Shown: positions 22,811 to 35,456 of the stretch, piece after piece | How the letters are laid out: each line of letters begins with the position of its first letter | Numbering within the stretch: position 1 is the first letter of the stretch | Assembly: GCA_977018835.1 (NCBI GenBank) | Contig: OZ361260.1 | Span: 1,674,001-1,738,000 of the forward strand | DNA: 64,000 nt | Direction: 5' to 3' | Source of the DNA: Minutocellus sp. GHC0000111 | Lineage: Eukaryota | Translations under genes and position numbers: made by a program | Notes under the pieces: model-generated | Seen by the model: the letters and a program-made list of their open reading frames with translations, nothing else | Told to the model about the DNA's origin: nothing | Database searches by the model: none

Positions 22811-25596
22811 ATGCCGGTAGATCCCGACGGCTATGACGCCACCTCGGCGGCCACCGCCGCCAAACGAAAGGCCGCCGAGAAGGATCGGATCGCCCTGCTC
22901 CTCGCCTCCCAACGGGGAATGTCGGCATTGGAACTGGAACCGGACAATTACGATTACGATTCGGTCTTTGATGCTGCCGACGAAAATATGGACGAGTATG
23001 ACGACGACAACGAAACATTGAGTTTGATGAGGGAGACGGCCGGATTCGACGGGGGCATGAGCCGCCGATCGTCGTTGCCATCGAGAGCCAACAGGAAGAC
23101 ACCGTCATCGTCGAATTCGGCGAGTGCGCTAAGACGGTTCTACAACGCCAACAGCAGCACGTTGCGCAACGTCGTCCTCATCGCCGGGTTGGCCATAGTA
23201 ACGTTCCTGTTCGTCGACAACGAGGACATTGTGCTCTTCGCTACCAACAACAGCGGGAACGACATTGACGAGAGCGCCGGATATCGGTACCATGCGCACG
23301 ACACCGCGTTCGGCGGCATCTACAACATGGGCCACCCGGCCGGTGCCAAGGCTGCCGAGGGGGGACACTTTGACGACGAGGTGATCAACGTGCCCATCAG
23401 TTCGGTGTCGCACGCCGTCCAATCCATCACGGTGGAGAACGTACTCAATTTGCAGGGCCATTACATCCACGATGAGCATCGATCGCCGTACGCCAGTCAT
23501 TTGTACGATCGTCCGCAGGCCGAATTGGATGCCGAGCAGGAACGGTTCCTGGCCAAGATGAGCTGTGGGGTGTGGACATTCTCAAGGCTGGCGACGAAAC
23601 GCAGCAGGCCGCCAAGGGCATTGCGCAGTTGAACGAGGTCTCGTGGAACGGGCTCATCCGCAAGCTGTTGCATGCCATCATTACGCACGATGACTTTTAC
23701 GTCGTCCTCGGTGGACATTCCAGCGCTGCCGGGCACGGCAACAACTTTCGACAGACCAAGGCGATGCAATTTCACCATCTGATGGAACCCATCTTTGACA
23801 AGTTGGGCGTTCGGTTGATCAGCCGAAACAGCGCCCAGGGAGGAGTTGGGACGGCCCCTTCCGCCTTTGCCGGTGGTGTCATTTATGGAAAAAAGGACAT
23901 CTTGCTTTGGGACTCATCGATGACGGAGCGCGATCCCGGCGCGAGCGACACCTTCCAGAAGCAGGCCATCATCGGCGGCGAACGAGTGCCGGTGATATTC
24001 GACTGTCCGCGCCAAGACATTGAGACAGAGACCGAGGGAAAGATCTGGTTGGGGACAACCGATATGAACGGCAATAATCTTGATCATATTGAAACTACTG
24101 ACGAAAAGGAAGCCGATACTGTCCCGTGGGCTCTGCGATGGTCCAAGTGCTCTGCCGACCGCAAAGACTTGTGCGAGGCTCACAAATACAATTCTGTTTG
24201 TTGGACCAAGCGCAAGGACGTAACGCCACCCACAGAGCAGACTGATTTCGTCGGCGGGAAAGCAGGATGGCATCCCGGCGACATTGCTCACAAGCGAATG
24301 GCACGAGTCTGGTGTTTATTGGTGCTGAATGCGCTAGATGCAGCGTTGGGCATGTGGAAGACAAAGATTGGCGAGGAAGGTGGTTTCCCATTGGCCGACG
24401 AGCATTGGCACGTTGGAGAATCATATCTCGATATCCAAAACACACTTCGTAAGAACATGGATGCCAAGCCTCTGACGGTAAAAGAAGGTGAAGAAGATAT
24501 CAGGGCGGCATGTGAGAAGAAGTGGGAGAAATACCCACGAGTGTGCCGAATTCCAATGAAAGCGTATGGAGAATGGCAGCCTCGGGCGAATCCAGACTTT
24601 ACCTCCTTCCGGTCCATTATCAAGGCTGCTTCCAATGGCTACAAACCCATTATCGAGGAGAGCAATGTCTACGAAGGGGTAGATGTGGCTTTCCTCGATA
24701 ATCCCGAGAAGGGCGTGTTCCCTCGAATTCCTGACGACGAAGTAGACGTGCACATGATTGCCATTGCTACGCACAAAGCTGCGCCAGATCTGGACCATAG
24801 CTTACCTGGTGAAGACGAGAGGAGACGCCTTGTGGACAACTCTCGACACACCATGGGCCAAAGGTTACAACGAGCAAAGAAGGCATTTAGAGCAAAATGG
24901 GATCAAGCAGAGCAAGACAGGCGAAGAACAATTCAACGACGTTCTCTTCGATCACTGTCTACTCTGAATAGCACAACTATCACAAGCCACCGCGGCCTTG
25001 GTGAGGACGACGACAAGGTCGTTCCAGGACAAGGATGGGTCGTGAGTGAAACAACGCATACTGGTTTCTGTGATGGAACGTACATGTCTACTTGCGAGCG
25101 TGATCCGGGCAACAATTGCCTCGCTATTGGGCACAATGATGGCCGTGGATGTTTCCAAGGAGATCCTCTGGCAGGTTGGATGGTCTTCACCCTGCCCGAT
25201 GTAAAAGAAGGCATTATACTGGTGCGCATGGAGGCCTGGCACGCCAACCAAGGAAATGCAAGGACAAAAGAATGGAACGAAGTCAACGATGGAAAGACCG
25301 AAGATACCACGCCCTACTTCACCGACGACGGCAATGCTACTCGGTCACGCTCCTTGGGCGTGGAATGGGTGACCGATGATTTCCAATTCGACATCGCAAT
25401 CAATGGCAAGATCACGAAAACAATGAACAGTGAAGAGTTTATGACGTACAAGGATGAATTGGTGAAAAACTTCGCCCTGTGGCCGATAATGGACGACCCT
25501 TCCTTCGCCGGGGGCGAGGTTGAAATCGGCATACGACTTCGTTCTCAAGAGCAGCCCCACACGACGGTTGGACTATCACATGTCTACTACGCGTAA
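22811..25596 (+). CDS. Type II membrane SGNH/GDSL-like protein, frame-disrupted near 23560 (possibly a pseudogene)
   Basis: N-terminal cytosolic tail and TM helix (VVLIAGLAIVTFLFV) in ORF 22811-23632. SGNH-like blocks VVLGGHSSAAGHG, SRNSAQGG, DILLWDSSMTE and GWHPGDIAH lie in a different frame (23572-25596). No plausible intron joins the two. Confidence 0.65.
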
Positions 25597-25688
25597 TATA
25601 ATAGACTACTAGAGCAATAGCTAGCTAAAGTATGACTACGCTGGGGATGTAGTAAAACCTACTAGTCTAGAGTCAAAAATGATATCAA

Positions 25689-28600
25689 CTATTGCTTGTT
25701 GGCCGCCTTGGAAGCCACCTCGTCTTGAGGTTCATCCCCATTCTCGGCCTCAGCTTCAGCTTCGTGCATCTCGCGCAACAACTTCTCCTTCCTCCTCTCG
25801 ATCATTCGGTCGATTTCGCCTTCCCGTCCCTCCTCCAAGAGTTTAATCACCTTATTTTTATCGACCCATTTGGAGAGCTCGGCGACGGTGAGGAAGCCAT
25901 CCTTGTCCGCGTCCATATCGGCAGCGATGGCTTCTGCTTCTTCGGCACTTAGTTTGCGCTGTAGCACTTGTTGTAACACATCTGACATCTCCTCGGTGGA
26001 AATGGTTTCGTCAAGATCCTTATCGAGCAAATGAAGCTTGTCGCCGATCTTGGCCTCGACGTCGGTGAGCTGAGCCTCCAGTCGCCCAACCATCGACTCG
26101 ACGCGGTACTTCAACCTATCAACAGCCTTGTCCAGCTTTTCATCGCCACTACCAGATGTCTCCTCCTCAATCTCTTCAGTCTCCTTGCTAGTATCCTTGT
26201 CAATGTCGTCCCCGGTCATTGATATCTTGGTGGCCGATGCTGCCTCGGCGTCGACGGCAACATCCATCTTTTCAATTGTTTCGGCGACCTTGGCATCTGC
26301 CTCGTCGATTGACATGGGACCCTCAGGCGCTGCATCAGGTCCTGGTGGCTCAACAAATACCTTGACTGGCTGCTCCTCACTATCCTTGACTTCATCGAGT
26401 GCTTCCTCAAATTTGGCTTTGACTGCTTCGGCTGTGAGTTCTTCGTCGTCTTCGAGCATTGCGGCCTTGATACGCTCGAGCTCTTCTCTTTCTCTGCTGA
26501 CTGGATTTGGCGAAACAAGCTGTGAAATGGCATCAATCTCCTCGGTGGAAAGTCCCTTGTCTTCATCATCATCTTTGGTGGAATCGGCCTCGTCATCCGA
26601 TGAAGACTCTGATTGTGCTGCTTCGGGGTCGCTACTACTCGCTGTCTCGCTTGCGGCAGGGTCTTCGATCTTGACCTTGATATGCAAAGGTTCGCCAGCG
26701 GCAGCCTCGACCTCCTCCTTGGTTTGGCCATCGCTCACTGCACTATCATCACCCGCTTCTGACGCAGCCTTTGCCTTTTCTTGTTCCTTGGCGGCCTTCT
26801 TCGCCGCTGCTTCCTCCCGCTCCTTCTTCTCTTCTTCAATGAGCTCATTCTGATGCTCCAATACCTCCAATTTGATCTTGACGACGTCCGGATCACTGCT
26901 CTTCTCCTCCGATGAGGCGACGGATAGCACAACCTCGTTGACAACGTCCTTGTCCAATCCACTGATGGCGTCGGCAAGGCCAGCGACGCTCTTGGTCTCC
27001 TCATCGACGGGAGAAGTTTCGCTCGTCACCTCCTCTTGCAGAAAGAAGGTTCGCGACATGATGAGCAACGATATCGGGACGTTGCGGTTGACACTCAAAT
27101 CCAACCACTGTTGCAAGGCTCGCTTGTATGCCTCCTTGCTCAGTCCGGTCGATCTCATACCACGCTCCTGGCAGGCCTCCCGCAATTCCATCTTGGTCAG
27201 CGAGTCGATGCCCTCCCACAAGATCCGCTGGTCGTCCTCCAGAAGCATCCTCATCCGATGACGGAGCTGGAATCGAAGCACGTTGTCGGACCCGTACGGC
27301 GGGATGGACATGTACCGGCAAAAGTTCACCAACTGCATACGGGGCATGTTGTCCAACGTAAGCTCGTCCTGGAAGTACGACGCGTACTTGATAATTTCCT
27401 CCGCCGGTAGCATCTCTCCATTGCGGGCCTTTTCTAGAAATGCCAGGAAGGACTGGGCCGTCTTCTCCTTCTTTTCCTGAACACAGTCGTCACCCTCCTC
27501 CTCCTTGGACTTTTGATTGCTGGCCGCTCGTTTCTTCTGCTCCTGCGCCAAATCTTGCAGAGTCCTGTGGTTGTGAAGAAGATTGGAAGTAGTAGGGTGA
27601 GCGAGAATCTGCAAATAGCAAATGGATATCAAAACGACACACACACAACATTCATCAGTTTCAACCAAGCAAACTCACTCCTGAAAGAATTCAGCCATGG
27701 TCAGACGCATCTTGAGCTCCCTCTTCATGTTCTCCTCGGCCTTCAAGGAATCCTGAAACGTCGAGGGGAGCATATTGGGGAAGATTTTCAGGGCAAAGGG
27801 CAGCGCAAATTCCATAAACGGAATCAACACAAAGATCGACATGGGGACCAGACGGAACACATCCGACACGGTGCGAAGCAACTGCTTCCTCTCCCGTCGG
27901 GTCAAAGGGGTGCCCTGCAACGATCGCTTGAGCATCTGCCGCGCCGTCCGCAGATCGGCCGCGAGGAGCTTGCTTCCCATCCAATAGTGATGGGCCTCCT
28001 TCTTGGCGGCCTCCTTGAGTTCGATGAGCTTGTCACGGAATTCCAGGGGGTGGGTGACGTAGTACCAGAGGACGCCGGGCGTTTTGGCCAGGAGGGAGGC
28101 CAGAGCCTTGGCGGCGGCGAGGAGGAGGTCCTTGGTCTTATCGGGCACCGACTTGACGAAGGATACAAAGGCATCGGTCGCCGTGGCGTGCTGGACGACC
28201 ATGTCCTTGGGTGCATTGGGCTTCTTCCGTTCGGTGACGGTCTTGGCCGCGGGCTGTTCTGCAGAACTGCCATTCAGCTTGGCCTCTGAGGCCGAAACAG
28301 CCTTGGCTGCCATGGAAGTTGACGATGCAGAATTGGCACCATCTTTGCCATCCTGATTATCATCAGAATTCACATTGGGACTGGGACTTGTCGAAAACAA
28401 GGCCCGCATGATGATCCGCGTCATGGTCTCGTCAAAGGCTGCCGATGCGTGCGGGTCGGCCGACAGAATTGCGCTTCTCATCTCTCGCGAGGTTCGGCGT
28501 GCAGCTGCCGTGATTGCTGATGAGGGGACCATGCTGTGATACGATCGCATTTGCATCGGATGGGAATAATTGTTCGTCAACAGCAAGTTGCTGCTGGAAG

Positions 28601-28967
28601 GGCCCATTATTTGTGGCGAAGGCCGAGGAATTCTCTGCGGATGATATTGATATGCCGATATGAGTTCGTCGTGATGTGCTGCAAAATCGTTCGCGCTTCC
28701 TGATGCAGAAAAATGTTCCGAATTAGCCAACGTAGATGAACAGCGAGCAGCATTCGCCAACGCCCTCCTACCGCCGTACGACGGAGCCAGCGAAGATTCG
28801 GCGGATGCAGCGGTTGCGCCAGCAGCCGAAGGTGCACGAACACACGCACTGCTCTGGGTCGTCAGCGACGAAGAGGAGGCCTCGGCCGACCATCGCCGAG
28901 CGGCCGACGAGGCTGCGTGACGACATGCCGGCCGACTGCTGCCCGCTCGTATGCTCCGTGCGAGCAT
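25689..28967 (-). CDS. LETM1: LETM1/Mdm38 mitochondrial inner-membrane protein with EF-hands; exons 28967-27679 and 27564-25689
   Basis: HYWMGSKLL, LTRRERKQLLRTVSDVFRLVP, PFMEFALP...FPNMLPSTF, ELREACQERGM, EF-hand DADKDGFLTVAE. Intron 27565-27678 (GTGAGT...CACAG) joins FFQE|TLQ in frame. Confidence 0.95.
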
Positions 28968-29255
28968 GGTTGGTACTAGTAGCTGTTAGAGTGTCGTCAG
29001 TAAGGTTCTTCGGCGAAGACGCACCGTCATGAGGTGAAAATGAGCCGCCAAATCGGAGTTGAAGACACGGACGAAAAGCGAAAGCAAGACGAAATCACTC
29101 TCATGTTTATTTCTTTCCCTGTAAAATTACCCAATGTTCCATTAAAGGAATACTTATAGTGAAAGTATTCTCTCCGTGATTCGGGTTTTAATATCTGGCA
29201 CAGACCGCGCCAAAATCAAGCAAATCAAAGTCAAAGTAGCGAGAAGATGGGCATA

Positions 29256-29662
29256 ACACCGCGCTCACGCTCCTCCTTGCAGGTATCAAGGAAGTAGGCG
29301 AAGCCGAACGAGGCCTTGCCCATCTCCTCGGCCTTCTCCTGGAGCTTGGACATCTCACGCTCGGGGATGCCGCCGCACTTGAAGATCAAGTGACCGCAGG
29401 TGGTGGACTTACCGGCATCGACGTGGCCGCAGACAACGAGGGAGAGATGTTCCTTACCGTCAGACATGGTTGGGTAGAAGTTTTTCGGTGGATGTAGAAT
29501 TGCAGATCAATGAAAAAAGTGAGACCGCGGAAATCCGGTGGAGGAGCGAGAGCGAGCGAAGATTCCTCGCGTGGCGTGGTGCGGTTCGTGCGACGGCGAC
29601 GTGCGGCGGCGAAGTCCGGGTCCCACAAGTGGGCAAGCAACAACACGGGTGGTCCTCGTGGA
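29256..29662 (-). pseudogene. Inverted duplicate of the EFL promoter/5'UTR and first ~70 codons
   Basis: Reverse complement of 39903-40309 (407 bp, both end-pairs sum to 69565). Only two differences seen, both synonymous. The ORF ends [11 protein letters not shown]. Confidence 0.95.
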
Positions 29663-30485
29663 GTGCTGGCTAACTGTATTGATTTTCATGAAAATCCAGC
29701 GCATAGTGGGAGATGACAAGTGCGGTGCATTGGTGAATGGGGAGTAGTGCTGGAATAAAATGTTGGATCGGAGGGAGCAAAGCTACTAGTATCATGTTTT
29801 TTCAGTTGTGGCTGAATGTGGAATGGGCACCAACGAAGATATGGAGGTGTTTTGTATCCATGCTTGTTGACCATTCCGCTAATGTTGTGCTTTGGAATCG
29901 CTCTATGGTCGTGTGGGAAAGGTACGGTGCAATCTATGGTGGAAATGGGTCGCAAATGCTACACTCTTGGGTGGTGTGGCTGCAATTGTCTGTTCATGGA
30001 GGTCGAATTCTGCACCTCTATCGGACCTGTTTGTGCCCATGTTGACCGAATTTGCACGATCCTTCTAGCCAGCGACATATATAGAGGCATTGGAAATTGC
30101 CTTGATACAAAGCTGGACATACGAACTGATGATGCTCTCTTCGCCGTGGAAAATTTGCGTGGAATCAAAAAATTATGCTGATCGTGCGTGGAACTGTGCG
30201 TTGACCATGCAGCCTCAATCTATTCTTTGTCGATTTCTCCGTGAAAAATCAGATTCAACACGGATGATGACCGATCATCACGGGCGTGCGTTGGGAGCTT
30301 CCACGTTCTGCGTTGAACGCTTTCCACGTTTGGCACAGCGCCTTTGGCGCTTTGGCGGCGTCGTTTGCCGCTATGCTCACGCACAAACTCACAAACTGGC
30401 CGTGAAGAATTGCTGCCTGCCTCATTCGAACAATCGTAATATCAAAAGCCGCCCCACAAAATAAAGTTAGTTGTCTCAAGCAAGT

Positions 30486-31521
30486 ATGTTTGTTCGCTCT
30501 TCTTTTTTCATCATCGCCATCGCTTTCTTCCTTTCCGCAATGGTGGCGGATGCAGATGCCGCCAAGGCAGGGAAGAATACTCGTCGCCTGAAGGGTACGG
30601 GGCCAAAGATGCCAAAGAGCACCAAGAGCGCCAAGAGCGCCAAGGGTACCAGCCCGCCCTCCTGCGGGGCTGATTCGTATTGTGGCAGAAGAATGCTTGA
30701 CACAGGAGACCGCAGACTGCCCCTCAAATACATGACGGATCGTTTCAACGAGGAAGGATCTGTCGGCTCCTTTGTCGACTCTCTCGGATATGAAGTTGAT
30801 CTGCATTCCGGAAGGGGAGAGAAGGAGAATGTCTTGTCGAAGGAAGATTGCGAAAGCCTGATTTCTCTGATTGTCGCCGGCCCGATCGAAGAGGATCACG
30901 CATTCGACGATTCTCAGAAGTACATCGACGAGACTGAGCTCGTGTCTATCATTGGAAAGGTAAGAGAATGATGCTTTGTCACAAATGGGCATGTTTCGCG
31001 AGCCCTCGAGCCTGATTTATTTGACCCTCACCGTTACCACAACCGACATTAATTTCTTTTGTTCTGGATACATGTACTTGCCCCAGGATAAATTCAACAC
31101 CTTGCTTGATCTCCACCTAGAAGTTGTTGGGGCTACCATTCCCCTCGAGTCTATCAAGATCCGCCACATGCGCGCAACCAAGCCCAACGACGCTTACCTT
31201 GAGTACCACACCGATGAGTCCGGCCATGGGAATGGAACAAAGTTGTCGTCCGTCGTTGTTGCTCTCAATGCCAATTCTTCGGTCAAAGAGGGTGGCGAGC
31301 TGTATTATCTTCAAGAGAATGGCCCCGTTCTGGCCTCCCGCGCCCAAGGAAAGGCATTCGCGCATTCCTACAATGTGCTTCACGGCGTTTCTACCCACGT
31401 TGGAGACCGCGTCAGTCTCATCCTTCACTTCAACCACGACCTCAAGATGGAGGATGTTGGTGGTAGGAAGTTGACCGAAGAAAAGAAACGTGAGCTTGGG
31501 TGCCAACGCCACTTTCTGTAG
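30486..31521 (+). CDS. Secreted 2OG-Fe(II) oxygenase-like protein with a Lys/Ser-rich N-terminal segment; exons 30486-30959 and 31087-31521
   Basis: Signal peptide, then RRL-KGTGPKMPKSTKSAKSAKG. HxD (YHTD), EGGELYY and LHGVSTHVGDRVSL (H...R-x-S). Intron 30960-31086 (GTAAGA...CCCCAG). Confidence 0.8.
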
Positions 31522-32046
31522 GCTCTAGATCATCGCCGTCGCGCCTCCGATAAAGCCATTGTCCAGTATCTTCAATACAATTCATACCACATTTCCTCAT
31601 CTTTACACACCGCCTCGCCCGGACGACGAGAGAACGGCAGGCGGCGGCCCCTTGCGGTCTTTTAGGGTGCAAGAATACGAGGCCGACCACGACGAACTTA
31701 AAGTCGATCCATGCTATCTCCATACCAACCACATTAGGACAAAACGAAGTGATCCCCACTGTTACTTCGTCCCCTCCGGGGGTTTGTGAAAGGAACTGGT
31801 ACTTTTAGAATGTGCCCCCTGGACCCTCTACTGAGGGTTGCCAGCAAATTGCTCACTATCTGTCTATTACAATTATTACTATATTTCCAAATCTTTGATA
31901 CGAAGCGGGTGTCCATTCCCTAAGAGTGACTGCTTGGGGACCCTGGCAAACGTACGGAGCCCCTCACGGGTGAGTTTATTTTTTAAAACTAAGGACTCTA
32001 AAACTAATTCAATGAGTTCTTCTTCTTCAATAGATCTAGATCTAGC

Positions 32047-32092
32047 TAGCTACATCTAGATCTACACATCTGCATCTGCATCTGCATCTGCA
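32047..32092. repeat. Low-complexity hexamer tract, (TCTAGA/TCTGCA)n
   Basis: catctagatctacacatctgcatctgcatctgcatctgca. Confidence 0.7.
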
Positions 32093-32266
32093 CGTGTGAT
32101 TAAATTCTACGTAAATTTTATCAAATTGTAGTCAAGGGATGCCATATCTTGTTGCACAATGTAGATCGAGTCATGTCGATGCGTCGCCCGCCTGACTGAG
32201 CTGTAGGCTGTAGCGAACGCAGTCCATGAACAATGTCTGTCTTGGAGAGCACCCGGGCCCACACAC

Positions 32267-32291
32267 CCTTATCCTTATCCCTATCCTTATC
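32267..32291. repeat. (CCTTAT)n microsatellite
   Basis: ccttatccttatccctatccttatc. Confidence 0.7.
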
Positions 32292-34428
32292 TGGTACTCT
32301 AATTAATCGACCCGACCAATGGGACGACTGGGATACGATACATAACTCCTGGGATTCGATGATATTTTGAACGGTAGCGACCGCTTGTAACCATCTGCAT
32401 CTGACCGATCTCTTCCCTTCCCTGGCCTACAGCTGCAACCTTATGTATTTCACGTAGTAAGTATGATGATTCATCGGGTTGCTGCAAGTAATGGGCGTGA
32501 ATTTATTGATTGCATTCTTTTTATGGGGCCTCCATCAAAATTGTCGGATGCCAACCTTGCTGAAAGAGGATGATGATAGATCGGCATGCAGACGCAACCA
32601 AGAGTATTCTATTTGCTTCGGGTCCATTACATATGTATATGAGAAGTTACTTTTAGGTAGCTGATGCATATTTGTTCACTCTATGAAGCTCAGTAGCTAG
32701 TCATCTGTAGTTGTTGCAACGGGGCTGCCCCGTCGGCCCCAACCACACTTCCAGGTAACATTAACATCTAGAAATAGCCAAGTGAGACATTCTACCACAG
32801 CTACTACCCATTAAATCTTACTAGTTATGTACACTGATGCGTCTCTATGAAAGTATTATTGAGATCGTGATTATTTGTTGAGTTATAAGCCCTGGCTCTT
32901 CGTGGAGGTCGTCGACCACCGAGATTTGCAATAAAATCGTCTGAATTTTCACATCGATTTGCCTCTATTACTTTTCATACCGGTACAAAGGACATTCCAT
33001 GAGCATAGATGTCGCTCAGGTGTGTCAAGGGCCGTCAAATGACGCCCTTCCAATTGAGTAGTTGTTGTTGATTGTTGTTCAATATGAACATTGGTGTTTC
33101 GAATCAGCCCCCCGCGAAGTCTGGCGTTGACCTCCACGAAACATTCAGATACTTACAAAATCGTCAATCTTTGAAGCAACCCCGCAAAACTTTTCATCAA
33201 TGAGCCACCTTATGCCATATCCGGGCGGGAATAAGGCACTGGTGTGGTGAATGGACGCGCATGGACCCAAACTGTCGTCATGTTGGCATTTTTGACCTCC
33301 TAGTGCAATAAAAGTTACCCTCCAAAAATGAGAACATGAGATAGTTTGACCGAAGTATAGACCCAATTGCCAGAAAAATGCTTTCGAGCCTCAGCGTGGG
33401 TGCATAAGTTCCCAGTGGAAGCCTCGCTATCGTCAATTTGGCGTAGATGGGCATACCTATTGAGAAAGTGGTATCGCGGTGGAGAAGTTGAGGAGAATCT
33501 GGAAGTTCTGGTTTTACTTGTCACAGTGTGAGAATGCAAAGGGTTGCCATCACAAGCTCTACAATCAACACATACACTGCCATTCTAGAATTCTTTAGTA
33601 CATAACTTGGCAGGATTGAACGAAAATCTGGGTCTCTCTGTCAACATGAAGAACTATTGCACAACATCTGGTTTTGGCGCCCGTCCCCATGCCGTAAAAT
33701 TTCCGGCAAATCCACAAAGCCCCAACAAAATGATCCGCTTACCGACACCCAACCCGCAGAAGAAGCTTATGGAGCGATCCAGTAGTGTCATGGTAGCGAA
33801 ATATCAAAAGCTGTTGTGTGCCTCATAGCGGCTTGGTTCCCATCTATAGCCACATTGATATTGAGGACGGTTTTTGCGACTAAATCTGAATTGTAGAATT
33901 TTTGGAGGGCGTCGGTGCTTTGCGACTGTTATGCGTCCGATCTCAATAACACTGCCATACCACCACCCCGCCCTAGTATCGAACCGGTATATTAGCCCGC
34001 CAAGTGTGGGAAATCTCCCATTTACTCGACTGTGTCGTTACTTTTCTGTAAAATTGTAGCCGTCGTGGAGGTGGAGGTTGGCCGCTGACAAACGCCGAAA
34101 GCCGATTTTCGTCAGTTTCAGGAATGAGAGGCTCAGAATGACGACACCCTGGCCAAGTCACATATATGGAGAAGAGATACTGAGGCGGGCATGGTGGTTG
34201 CATGCCATCTTGGTGGTCATCTACTAGGAGGAATGGAATGTAGTCTTGGAGGATGGGTGGGTTTTTGGCACAGTCGAGAGTCAGTCGAGTCGAGATGAAA
34301 AAAGCAACACCCAACATTTATCATAGAGGTTCTTACAGCTGTCGTCCAACCGTACCAACCGCACCAGCGTGTCCACACGTACGTCGCAAGGAATAGTGGT
34401 AGCGCGAGAGTAGATTCAAGGAGACAGG

Positions 34429-35403
34429 ATGCATTTCGCCACCACAATACTATCTCTATGCGTGTTTCCATGGCTCACAGTTGCCTTTTCTACACGTGTT
34501 CGCAGTTCGAACAGGAGAGGCTACAATTCACGCCTCAGCGCAGAAAGTAGCAATCAGAAAAGAATTGTCATCATCAGACATGGCTGCACCTACATGAACG
34601 AGTATCTCTCCACACCAGGTTCGAGATGGGGCGATGCTGGCTTTACCGATATATTTGAAGATCCAGCGCAATTAGATCTCTTCAGAGACAGCCCACTCTC
34701 CGATCGCGGCACACGCCAGGCAAAGCGGCTTGGGGCGAGATTAGGACATCTAATGGAGGACGATCCGCCATTATCAGAAATGGATCTGGGCCTTGACCAG
34801 AATGTGATCCGCGAGATTGATTTGATAGCATGTTCTCCACTTACCAGAGCGTTGCAAACGACTGAGCTTAGCTTGGTGCCTCATTTAGAGAAAAATGATG
34901 ACGGATGTCCAAAGGTGCCAATCGCTGCTCTTCCCCTTGCAAGTGAGCGAGTAAATTTGATTTCCGACGAAGGCCGACCAACGGACCAGTTGGCGAAGCA
35001 ATTCCCTTGCGTGAACTTTCAGAGCGATATTGAGGACTCAAAGAAAGATTGTTGGTGGTTCACTTATGATGACGAGAGTGATGAACCCTACTCCGAGTGG
35101 AGGCCCAATGGCGAGGGCCAAACCTATGCTTGCAAAGGAGAACCAGAAGCCGACTTCAACACTCGCATGGCTAATCTGTATGATTGGCTCGAGTCTCGCA
35201 AAGAGTCGACAATTGCGTTGGTTTGTCATTGGGGAGTGATCGACTGGCTGACGGGAGAAGATTTCGAGAACTGCGAAATGAAGATTGTTCCATTCGAATC
35301 GATGAAACGGACAGGATTTATGCTTTCCGATGAAGAGGCAGCTGAACTGTTCGCAATGGGAGAGCGAACAGTAGTTCAAGAAGAAGATGACGGTCAACAA
35401 TAG
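34429..35403 (+). CDS. Plastid-targeted histidine phosphatase (phosphoglycerate mutase-like)
   Basis: Signal peptide followed by TVA-F. IIRHG, DSPLSDRGTRQA, CSPLTRALQT, LVCHWGVI. Confidence 0.92.
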   Translation: MHFATTILSLCVFPWLTVAFSTRVRSSNRRGYNSRLSAESSNQKRIVIIRHGCTYMNEYLSTPGSRWGDAGFTDIFEDPAQLDLFRDSPLSDRGTRQAKRLGARLGHLMEDDPPLSEMDLGLDQNVIREIDLIACSPLTRALQTTELSLVPHLEKNDDGCPKVPIAALPLASERVNLISDEGRPTDQLAKQFPCVNFQSDIEDSKKDCWWFTYDDESDEPYSEWRPNGEGQTYACKGEPEADFNTRMANLYDWLESRKESTIALVCHWGVIDWLTGEDFENCEMKIVPFESMKRTGFMLSDEEAAELFAMGERTVVQEEDDGQQ

Positions 35404-35456
35404 AAATCTCTATCAGCAGTTTTCTTCTTTACCTACTAGCTAGGTACACACTATGA

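Noticed and set aside
31833..31954. hAT-like TIRs (AGGGTTGCCAG / CTGGCAAACGTA)
   Set aside because: Several mismatches and no 8-bp TSD.
33145..33539. Possible PrimPol-like zinc-finger remnant on the minus strand (CTH..RKH...QKCQHDD)
   Set aside because: Split across frames and too weak to support without a search.
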